Source: Methylococcaceae bacterium UBA662
Lineage (GTDB): Bacteria > Pseudomonadota > Gammaproteobacteria > Methylococcales > Methylomonadaceae
NCBI GenBank assembly: GCA_002299425.1
Contig: DBNW01000055.1
Span: forward strand, 10,949-74,948
Direction: 5' to 3'
Length of the DNA: 64,000 bases
The translations under genes and the position numbers were made by a program. Positions 37,913-45,724 of the stretch are shown one piece after another (position 1 is the first letter of the stretch; each line of letters starts with the position of its first letter). The notes under the pieces are model-generated. The model searched no databases, was not told the origin of the DNA, and was given only the letters and a program-made list of their open reading frames with translations.

Positions 37913-40510
37913 TTAAAACATAAGGCCCCAAGTCGCCGACAACGCCCCCACCCGTGCTTGTTGATACCCGTTAACATCATCCATGACCGGCTGCAGCCAT
38001 TCGACACCAAAGCGGTGGCCCTGAAAACTGCCGTTCGGGACGACCGCGCTTAAACCAAAGCCCACGTCCCAATAACGCCCGCCGTAACTGCCCGGAAAAT
38101 CCATTGCGCCGACGCTAGGGTTGGCTCTTGAACCCATATTGACATTGTCGACCAGCCTGCCATCGGCCACGCCCGGAGTCGGGTAGAACTGCCCCTGTAT
38201 TTGCCCCTGGTAGGTAAACGCCCAGCGCAACGAGGCGGTCAACCAAGACAGTACGTTGTAACCGCCCCAAGCACTGGACTGAAAAGCATTGCCTAAGGCA
38301 TAGCCTGATTCGTTGCTGCTTTCCATGCGCACGGTGCCGTTCATTTGCGCTCCCCACGACCACGTCCCATCCACACCGGTGTAGGTCAGGCTGGGCTTAA
38401 AATCCCAGGTGCCGCTGCCCAACTGCATACCGTAGTGGATAAGCCCCTTGTCTATGCGATGGATGCGCCGCAGCGTTTCGTCCACCGACCCGGTCGGGGC
38501 GGTCACGCCCAAACTCAGGTTAGCGTTGTGGTTGGCAGAACTAAATAGCCGAAACAAGGCGTACATCCCCAAATCGCCGACTCCGCCGGTTTCATGAATG
38601 TGCAGGTGGTCTTTCATGGCGTTGTACCTGACACCGTCCAGCATTCGCACATTCATGTCCATGTCCATGAATTGTGGCATGAGCATGAGATTTAACCAGT
38701 CATACGGGGCATACATCAAATCAAGCATGTGCATGCCCATGTTCATTTCAATAGGGTTAACCCGGCACCTGCCGGTGAACCCGGCTGTACAGCCGTTTCG
38801 GACGATGTCTGCATCGCTGGCATAAGCGGTTCCGCGCAACATGTCCCCCGCCTGCCGGCTCCACATGTAGCGGTAGCCCACCATCGTCTGACCGGCCGGA
38901 ATCAGGTGACTAAACATGACCCCAGCCGGTGCCGGTGCGCCGTGATGATGATGGTGGGCATGTGCTTGACCGCCGTCGGCTAACGCCCGACCTAAGGTAG
39001 ATAAATTGACTTTTAAGTTGGCGTTGGCGACAAAAAAATCAAAATCGGCAAAACTGTTCTCGCCCTCCCCGTCTAGGCGCAACGAACCTTGGTGGGTGTA
39101 GTATTCAAACCCGGCTTCCAAGGCCAGACCCTTAGCGATGCGTTTATTGACCACTATACCGCCACTTAAGGCACCGTACGCCGACAGCCGGTGGTCACTG
39201 GAAAAATTATCCGGAAGCTTGTCCCGGTCAAACGGGGTAATGCTAATTTCACCGCTGTCCGGGTCAAAATCAAGCCGGTTGTGCGCCTGTTTGGAAAGCA
39301 GGAACGGTTTGTAAAAATCAGCGGCAGACTGCGAGTAATAGCGAAACCTAGGCGTGACCGTCCAGGTGGTTGCGACCGGCTGAATCCACTCCAACCTAAA
39401 CGTGTGCGCATGGATATCCCAGTCGTCCTGAAAAAACTGGTAATTGGCATGCAGTGCAGCATCTAACAGGCCGATGTGCTGGACATAGCCTGCACCTACC
39501 TGCCATTGGTTTCTGTGGTCAGGGCGTTGCTCCAAAAACGCCCTAACATCGCCCACTAAGCCGTCGGGATTGCTTGGGTTTATGACCAGCGGATCCGGGT
39601 CGGCAAAAATGATGGTCATGGCCTTGTAGGGGTTTTCCAGGTAGCCCTGGCTGTGGGTGTAGCCTAAGCTTGCCGTAGCCAATGCGCTTTTAGTGATAAT
39701 TTGAGTCAGACCCAGGTTCCAAGAGGCATCGCTCCTGCCACCACGGATGGTTTCCTTGCTCAAGGTTCTGCTGATTTGGTGCTGGAAAGCCACCTTGTCG
39801 ATATAGGTAGCGGCATCGTGGTCAAAGTTGGCTTGAATGTCGCTGCCCGTGTAGCTAAAACCCATGTTCAGGCTGGTCAGTTTTTGGTTGAAATCCAAGC
39901 GCCCGTTAAGACTGCTGAACCAACTGAAATAATCGTCTTCGACTGAACCCCCAAACCCCCAATTGACTGCCGACTCGTCCCATTCATAACCCAAATTGAT
40001 GTCGCCTTGACGGCGAATTTCTGGCGATGCCATGGACATAACATGCACTGCGGCCGGGTCTACGCCCGCTGCTCTCCCGGTACTTGGGTCTTGAGACAAT
40101 AAATTGAAATCTCGGTCCAAGAACACCCGGCTACTGATAAAAGGCGAGGCTCCGGCGATGACGGTCTCACCGTCTCGGCTGGCTACGATGGGGCGGTTGC
40201 TGTTGGCTACCACCGGTGCCGTAGTGATGGGCGTAGCCCCTGACCAAGTGTCTTGGGTGTAGTTAAAAATGAATTTAATTCGGTCCGTCAAACTCACTCG
40301 ACCAAACCCGTAGAGGCTCTCTACTTCGATGGGCTTAAGATTGCTTTCTACGCCCGCCAAATTACGTCGGCCTTCTTGGTAATGCGAAAACTGGAAAGCC
40401 ACTTCGTCTTCTTCGGCTGCGGCATTCCCGGCTGACATCAAACCCGGCAAAGCCAAAGCCGCCAACGTCAGTGCTTTAAGTGCCGATTTTTGGCTATCAG
40501 TAGCAGCCAC
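37913..40510 (-). CDS. Outer-membrane fusion protein: DUF3570-like barrel with flavinylation motif plus His/Met-rich porin-like barrel
   Basis: GTG 40510 start, signal peptide LTLAALALPGL...AAA, DTWSGAT, GYLENPYK, ERPD.R, RYYSQSAADFY, SSDHRLS; then HAHHHHH, PAGVM..H, MVGYRYM, QLGSGTWD; C-terminal F. Confidence 0.8.
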   Translation of the reverse strand: MAATDSQKSALKALTLAALALPGLMSAGNAAAEEDEVAFQFSHYQEGRRNLAGVESNLKPIEVESLYGFGRVSLTDRIKFIFNYTQDTWSGATPITTAPVVANSNRPIVASRDGETVIAGASPFISSRVFLDRDFNLLSQDPSTGRAAGVDPAAVHVMSMASPEIRRQGDINLGYEWDESAVNWGFGGSVEDDYFSWFSSLNGRLDFNQKLTSLNMGFSYTGSDIQANFDHDAATYIDKVAFQHQISRTLSKETIRGGRSDASWNLGLTQIITKSALATASLGYTHSQGYLENPYKAMTIIFADPDPLVINPSNPDGLVGDVRAFLEQRPDHRNQWQVGAGYVQHIGLLDAALHANYQFFQDDWDIHAHTFRLEWIQPVATTWTVTPRFRYYSQSAADFYKPFLLSKQAHNRLDFDPDSGEISITPFDRDKLPDNFSSDHRLSAYGALSGGIVVNKRIAKGLALEAGFEYYTHQGSLRLDGEGENSFADFDFFVANANLKVNLSTLGRALADGGQAHAHHHHHGAPAPAGVMFSHLIPAGQTMVGYRYMWSRQAGDMLRGTAYASDADIVRNGCTAGFTGRCRVNPIEMNMGMHMLDLMYAPYDWLNLMLMPQFMDMDMNVRMLDGVRYNAMKDHLHIHETGGVGDLGMYALFRLFSSANHNANLSLGVTAPTGSVDETLRRIHRIDKGLIHYGMQLGSGTWDFKPSLTYTGVDGTWSWGAQMNGTVRMESSNESGYALGNAFQSSAWGGYNVLSWLTASLRWAFTYQGQIQGQFYPTPGVADGRLVDNVNMGSRANPSVGAMDFPGSYGGRYWDVGFGLSAVVPNGSFQGHRFGVEWLQPVMDDVNGYQQARVGALSATWGLMF

Positions 40511-40718
40511 AGCCCCCCCCCATCCCGGCCATACCCGCAGGGGCGGCTTCACGGCTGCTGTAGTTGTGGTTCCGCATCACGGCATCGATTGGATTAGGGT
40601 TTAATGCCATATGCGGCTTGGCCAAGACTCCCCGCTGCCAAGGGGCTACCGGCGTACAAGCCGCAGCCGCCAAAACCAGCCCGCTTAAAACCCCGTATTT
40701 TACAATCTGCATCGCCAT
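40497..40718 (-). CDS. DUF4266-family lipoprotein
   Basis: Lipobox AAAC, VAPWQRG.LA...M, terminal GGGCGCY; overlaps the start of the barrel gene. Confidence 0.88.
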   Translation of the reverse strand: MAMQIVKYGVLSGLVLAAAACTPVAPWQRGVLAKPHMALNPNPIDAVMRNHNYSSREAAPAGMAGMGGGCGCY

Positions 40719-40750
40719 TACCCTCTTAACTTTACCCGTATTGCCCAAGT

Positions 40751-41251
40751 TTAAGGTTCGGTTAACAACTGCACCAGCACACGATCCAGTTGTTCGATTG
40801 CATCCGATTTAAAGCCCAGATGGATGTGTCGGACGGCTCCGTGGCGGTCAATCAGGTAGGACGAGGGCATGGCCTTAACCGCGAAAGCTTCGGCGCACTG
40901 CTGGTTCTTGTCGGCTACCACGGTGAATTGCGGTGGGAATTGGACCAGGAACGCTTTAGCATCAGCCACTGTTTCATCTACATTGACACCAATAATTTTC
41001 AGGCCTTTCGCTTGATATTTTGCGTGCAACGTATTTAAGAAAGGAAACGACTTAGCGCACGGGGCACACCAGGATGCCCAAAAATCCACATACAAAACCT
41101 GCCCCTGAAACTGCCGCAGCGGCACAGGCTGGCCACCTGACAGGGGCGTTAAGTAACAGTCAGGGAATGGCTCGCCCTGCTCCAGCCCATAAGCCGCCGA
41201 CACGCTCGACAAGCAACCCCAAAAAAGCAGTTTAACGATGTTGCTATTCAT
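40751..41251 (-). CDS. TlpA/ResA-like exported thioredoxin
   Basis: Signal-like N-terminus, VDFWASWCAPC, MPSSYLIDR..VR..H.GF. Confidence 0.92.
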   Translation of the reverse strand: MNSNIVKLLFWGCLSSVSAAYGLEQGEPFPDCYLTPLSGGQPVPLRQFQGQVLYVDFWASWCAPCAKSFPFLNTLHAKYQAKGLKIIGVNVDETVADAKAFLVQFPPQFTVVADKNQQCAEAFAVKAMPSSYLIDRHGAVRHIHLGFKSDAIEQLDRVLVQLLTEP

Positions 41252-41265
41252 TAGCGTTACGTTTT

Positions 41266-41295
41266 AAGAAAGCAGCACCGAAACAAACGTGTTGC
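41266..41295 (-). terminator. Candidate intra-operon terminator/attenuator
   Basis: Minus strand GCAACAC-N10-GTGCTGC followed by TTTCTT, just upstream of the tlpA start. Confidence 0.45.
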
Positions 41296-41437
41296 AGATG
41301 AGCAACGCGATGCGCTTGAAGAATAAAAACCCTGATTGCCGAGGCCGATGTTAAGAAACAATGGTTCTGTATTACAGGATGGTAAGAAAAACAGCTTAAT
41401 TGACTTTCCTTAATCCGCAGACCGACAGTTGATAGCT

Positions 41438-41881
41438 CTACCTGTCTTGCACGACTAAGGTGCGTACACCCGTATGCCTACCGCTTCTGCCGGTGCAATG
41501 GTACTCTAAATCGTAGTCGTCTGCGGCGCCCCTGCTTTTGTTGACCAACACCAAGTACACGCCATCACCCCCCCTAATTTCAATGGTTGGGCTGTACCGG
41601 GTATCGCCCTCAGGACCGTTGTCGGTTGCATTGTAGGCCAACCGTCCTTTGACCGTCTGTACGCTCAATATGGAACCCGAACTGACGTTGCGCCCATCTC
41701 TAACCCGCATTGACATGTGATCGGTTGCCCCGTTGCCGTTGTCGAAACACTCGATCCGGTAATGATCGACATTTGTCGAACCTTGACCTAGCACACCTGA
41801 AAGCTCATCGGCAGCTACTGTACCGGCTACTGCATACAGTGCTGCGGTTAGCAATGCGTGTATTTTGGTTTGTTTTAGCAT
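41438..41881 (-). CDS. Secreted hypothetical protein with two Cys and four mature-domain His
   Basis: GAGGA RBS; signal peptide ending VAA; YRIECFD, YHCTG, RHTG. Confidence 0.82.
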   Translation of the reverse strand: MLKQTKIHALLTAALYAVAGTVAADELSGVLGQGSTNVDHYRIECFDNGNGATDHMSMRVRDGRNVSSGSILSVQTVKGRLAYNATDNGPEGDTRYSPTIEIRGGDGVYLVLVNKSRGAADDYDLEYHCTGRSGRHTGVRTLVVQDR

Positions 41882-41932
41882 GGATTATTCCTCAAATTTT
41901 GGTTTGTTTCGTCTTTTTCCCACATGCCCGCA

Positions 41933-41949
41933 AGCAATTAACACACCAA
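41933..41949 (-). promoter_or_regulatory. Candidate sigma54 (-24/-12) promoter
   Basis: Minus strand TTGG-TGTGTTAATT-GCT: GG and GC separated by the canonical 10 nt, with TTGC at -12; about 50 nt upstream of ATG 41881. Confidence 0.65.
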
Positions 41950-41975
41950 ACACTAACTTAAAAAATATTCTTTTA

Positions 41976-41988
41976 AATCAACGTGTTT
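41976..41988 (+). promoter_or_regulatory. IHF-like binding site
   Basis: AATCAACGTGTTT against WATCAANNNNTTR (1 mismatch) in an AT-rich tract upstream of the -24 box. Confidence 0.45.
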
Positions 41989-42119
41989 TTCCAGACAGCG
42001 GCATTGGTTAGGCTGATTTTTTTAAACGGTTTTGTTTTATCCGGCTAAAACAAGTGATTTGCCTCAAATAAAGGCCGCAAAAACTCATTAAAAGCCTATT
42101 TTTCAACGATATAAAATAC

Positions 42120-42133
42120 GAGTCAAATGACTC
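42120..42133. promoter_or_regulatory. Palindromic candidate enhancer (bEBP binding site)
   Basis: GAGTCA-AA-TGACTC perfect inverted repeat about 175 nt upstream of the -24 box. Confidence 0.45.
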
Positions 42134-42230
42134 ACAACTGCGCGATATGACGCTCATCTTGCCGTCGGCACGCTTTTTAAGGCCGCATTGGCACTGCCTA
42201 CGAATCACCCCTAACCCCTAACCTGCCCCG

Positions 42231-42262
42231 AAAAACGAGGCGGCGACTAACGCGCCGTTTTT
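42231..42262 (-). terminator. Candidate terminator after miaA
   Basis: AAAAACGAGGCG...CGCCGTTTTT bulged stem; the A-run gives a U-tract on the minus strand. Confidence 0.45.
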
Positions 42263-43192
42263 TTAAGACAGCTCGGTCAGCAAGCGGGCCAGCAGACCGT
42301 TGTCTTCAGCGGCCAGCCACACTGCATTCGTTTCTTTGCGTAACCAAGTAAATTGCCGTTTTGCCAGTTGCCGGGTAGCGGCAATGGCTTTTTCTGTCAT
42401 GGTTGCATAATCGCAGTCACCGTCCAAATACGCCCATGCGTGCCGGTAGCCCACGGCCTTCATCGCCGGCAAATCCGGCGTTAAATCGCCACGCCCATGC
42501 AGACCGGCCACCTCCTCAAGCAAGCCTTTAGCCAGCATGGCATGGAACCGTCTAGCAATCAGGTCGTGCAAGGTTTTGCGTTCCGTAGGGGCAAGGATGA
42601 ATTTAATAGGTCGATAGGGGAAATCGCTTGCCTGATCTAAAAAATAGGCACTAATCGGCTTACCGCTAATTTCATAGACTTCCAACGCCCGTTGCAGGCG
42701 TTGCGGGTCGTTAGGGTGAATACGGGCAGCGGCTTGTGGATCGACGCTGGCCAGGCGCCGGTGCAACAGTTCACAGCCAAATTCAGACAGTTCTTTGTGC
42801 AAACGCGCCCTAATTTTAAAATCGGCCTCCGGTAAAACCGCCAAACCGTTGCATAACGCCCTGAAATACAACCCTGTACCGCCCACAAGAACAGGAATTT
42901 TTCCGCGCCGGGTGATGCTTGCCATCAGCCCCAAGGCAGATGCCCTGAACTGACCGGTGGAAAAACTGGCCGACGGGTCGAGGATGTCCATTAAATGATG
43001 CTGAATTCCGCCACGCTCCTCGAGGGTTGGCTTAGCTGTGCCAATGTCCATGCCTTTGAACACCAGCGCGGAATCAACACTGATAATTTCAGTGTCTAGG
43101 GCCTGCGCCAATTGCACGGCCAAAGCCGTTTTGCCGGAGGCGGTTGGTCCCATCAGAAAAATCGCCGTTGGCAAAGAGGATGGTTGCATCAT
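42263..43192 (-). CDS. miaA: tRNA dimethylallyltransferase
   Basis: MGPTASGKT, IISVDS, DIGTAKP, VGGTGLY, QRLQRALEV, TRQLAKRQFTW. Start at 43192 overlaps the mutL stop. Confidence 0.97.
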   Translation of the reverse strand: MMQPSSLPTAIFLMGPTASGKTALAVQLAQALDTEIISVDSALVFKGMDIGTAKPTLEERGGIQHHLMDILDPSASFSTGQFRASALGLMASITRRGKIPVLVGGTGLYFRALCNGLAVLPEADFKIRARLHKELSEFGCELLHRRLASVDPQAAARIHPNDPQRLQRALEVYEISGKPISAYFLDQASDFPYRPIKFILAPTERKTLHDLIARRFHAMLAKGLLEEVAGLHGRGDLTPDLPAMKAVGYRHAWAYLDGDCDYATMTEKAIAATRQLAKRQFTWLRKETNAVWLAAEDNGLLARLLTELS

Positions 43193-44958
43193 CGTCCACG
43201 CATAAAAAACTGATCCAGCTCGGCACTGGTCAAGGCCACCCAAGTGGGGCGTCCGTGGTTGCATTGGCCGCTGTGTTCGGTCTGTTCCATATCCCGCAAC
43301 AAGGCGTTCATTTCAGGCACCGTCAGGCGACGACCGGCACGGACTGAACTGTGGCAGGCCATGGTCGCTAGCAAACGCTGAACGCGCTGTTGAACTCGCT
43401 GGCTTTGTCCGTGTTCTTTTAAATCCGCCAACACATCGCGCAGCAGGGTTGCCATTTCTGCATCCTGCAACAAAACCGGAACGGCCCTAAGCGTGAGGGT
43501 TTCAGTACCCGTCCGGTCAAGGGCGAAGCCTAGGGCCGCAAAAAACGCCTGCTCTGTTTCGGCCAATTCGGCCTCTAAAAGGCTGACTGTAACCCGCACT
43601 GGCAACAGCAACGGCTGGCTGGGCATAGGCCCTTGCTGGTATTGCTGCTTTAAGCGTTCGTAAACGACCCGTTCGTGAGCGGCATGGGTGTCCACCAATA
43701 CAATGCCGTTGGCGGTTTCCGCCAGAATGTACGTGTTGTGCACATGCGCTAACGCATAACCTAATGGCGGCGCATCAAGAGGTACCGGACGCTCGGCAGC
43801 ATACAACCGGGCGTAAGGCAGGCTTGGCTCAGCCACCTGAAAATCGGGTAAACCCGATTGCTGGGGTTGCTCGCCATAGAAAAAAGGGTTTGCCAACCCT
43901 GCTGGCGGTGACGGACTAAAAACCGGCTCGCTGACCGTTACCGGGTGCGGCAGTACTGGACGCACTTCGGCCAAACACCGATGCAAGGCACTGAACAAAA
44001 AATCGTGTACCAGCCGTCCTTCCCTAAAACGCACTTCTAATTTTGCTGGATGGGCGTTAACGTCGACCCATTCCGGATCCAACGCCAGATACAAAACAAA
44101 TACCGGATGCCTGCCGTGGAACAGAACATCTTGGTAAGCTTGTCTGACGGCATGGGCGATTAATTTGTCTTTGACCGCGCGCCCATTAACATAAAAAAAT
44201 TGCATATCCGGCTGGCTGCGGGAAAACCTCGGCAAACCTACCCAGCCCGTTAGATGCAGACCGGAGGCGGTAAAATCTATCGACACCGATTGGCCGGCAA
44301 AATCCTGTCCGCATAAATCGGCGACCCGCTGCACGCGCTGGCTTTCTGCAACCACCGGTTTGAGGTTAAGAATAGGTTTCTGATTGTGCGTCAGGGTGAA
44401 ACCTACGTCAAACCGGCTTAGGGCCATGCGTCTGACCAAGGTTTCTATCTGCGCGAACTCGGTTTTTTCTGATTTTAGAAATTTGCGCCGGGCCGGCGTG
44501 TTGTAGAACAAGTCGCTAACAGCCACGGTGGTACCCTGGGGGTGTGGGTCAGGTTCCGGTTCGAACTGTTGCTCGGTGCCATCAGCCTTAACTTTCCAAG
44601 CACAACTACCGCCTTCGACCCGGGAAACCACACTCAGCCGGGCCACCGAACTGATACTTGGCAAAGCCTCGCCCCTAAACCCCAGGGTTCGCACCTGTTC
44701 TAAATCAGCCAGGGTGCTTATTTTACTGGTCGCATAGCGGGACAAAGCCAGCGGCAAATCGTCTTTTTCAATACCGCAGCCGTTGTCACGAACCCTCATT
44801 AAGCGACTTCCACCTTGTTCTATGTCGATGAAAATTTGTCTGGCATGGGCGTCGAAGCAATTTTCCACCAGCTCTTTCACCACGGACGCAGGACGCTCTA
44901 CCACCTCGCCAGCAGCGATTTGATTGACCAGCAGGGGTGGCAAACAATGAATCCGCAT
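43189..44958 (-). CDS. mutL: DNA mismatch repair protein MutL
   Basis: NQIAAGEVVERP, DNGCG, TLGFRGEALPSI, DTHAAHER, CNHGRPT. Start at ATG 44958. Confidence 0.97.
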   Translation of the reverse strand: MRIHCLPPLLVNQIAAGEVVERPASVVKELVENCFDAHARQIFIDIEQGGSRLMRVRDNGCGIEKDDLPLALSRYATSKISTLADLEQVRTLGFRGEALPSISSVARLSVVSRVEGGSCAWKVKADGTEQQFEPEPDPHPQGTTVAVSDLFYNTPARRKFLKSEKTEFAQIETLVRRMALSRFDVGFTLTHNQKPILNLKPVVAESQRVQRVADLCGQDFAGQSVSIDFTASGLHLTGWVGLPRFSRSQPDMQFFYVNGRAVKDKLIAHAVRQAYQDVLFHGRHPVFVLYLALDPEWVDVNAHPAKLEVRFREGRLVHDFLFSALHRCLAEVRPVLPHPVTVSEPVFSPSPPAGLANPFFYGEQPQQSGLPDFQVAEPSLPYARLYAAERPVPLDAPPLGYALAHVHNTYILAETANGIVLVDTHAAHERVVYERLKQQYQQGPMPSQPLLLPVRVTVSLLEAELAETEQAFFAALGFALDRTGTETLTLRAVPVLLQDAEMATLLRDVLADLKEHGQSQRVQQRVQRLLATMACHSSVRAGRRLTVPEMNALLRDMEQTEHSGQCNHGRPTWVALTSAELDQFFMRGR

Positions 44959-45336
44959 AGTAAAAGCTCTCGTTTTTTCAATAACACTCAGGCATCCGCC
45001 TTGACCAGCGTTGCTAATCCGGCCTACAAAAACTGCCTTACGTTTTTTTTGCTGTTTGTGTTTCATCGGTGAATGGCACTTAATTTTCTTACTGACGGAT
45101 TAAAAAGTTGTTGGCAACATTCTCTATTTGCGCCATCACAAGGCCCGCCTACAGAGGCAGCATCCGCTCCTCCCCTAACCACTTTAAAACCCGCTTTTTA
45201 GTATTGACCAACCACAATACTCATGCTAAAAATGACCCGTTGTTTTTGAAATATCAGACAACCGGCCTTTAGCAGGCTGCTCCCTTTAAGTAGTAAGGGA
45301 TAACAATTTTAATAACACTACAGTGAGGATTTTAAA

Positions 45337-45549
45337 ATGACTGAAGCAAACAAAGAAGACAACAGCTTGTGGTTGATCGTTGGTGCCTGCGTGGTAGGTA
45401 TGATCGGGGTGGTAATGTTCCTGAAAAGCGAAAAATCCGCCCATTTGGAAAGCGGTGCCGTACAACAACTGCAAACAGAAACCTTCGCTAATCTAGAAAA
45501 AAGAAGAACTCAAAACAACCCTACAGCGGATCAAGTCGCCGGCAAATGA
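45337..45549 (+). CDS. Small single-pass membrane protein of unknown function (70 aa)
   Basis: GAGG RBS, one TM helix (LWLIVGACVVGMIGVVMFL), own downstream terminator. Confidence 0.7.
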   Translation: MTEANKEDNSLWLIVGACVVGMIGVVMFLKSEKSAHLESGAVQQLQTETFANLEKRRTQNNPTADQVAGK

Positions 45550-45560
45550 TCTGTGCACTT

Positions 45561-45602
45561 AACGCCAGGTTGCTTCGCCATGAACCAACCTTGGCGTTTT
45601 CT
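45561..45602 (+). terminator. Intrinsic terminator after the small ORF
   Basis: AACGCCAGGTTG...CAACCTTGGCGTT stem (1 bulge) followed by TTCT. Confidence 0.65.
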
Positions 45603-45724
45603 AACTAGAAAAACAAAACGCAATCCATTCCAATTTTAGCGCAGCGGGCACGATTATCAGCCCGCCTTTTTTCACCCCCCCCCGCTTGATTATCCCGCCC
45701 GCACCCGTTTGCGGTTTTTGCAGT

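Noticed and set aside
41256-41360. Cys-containing short reading frame (LFLNIG...RCCFLKT) in the spacer before tlpA
   Set aside because: No ATG, no RBS before the TTG, and an in-frame stop shortly upstream; overlaps the hairpin.
42008-42208. 66-aa minus-strand ORF upstream of the secreted-protein gene
   Set aside because: No RBS, no protein-like composition, and it overlaps the candidate enhancer region.
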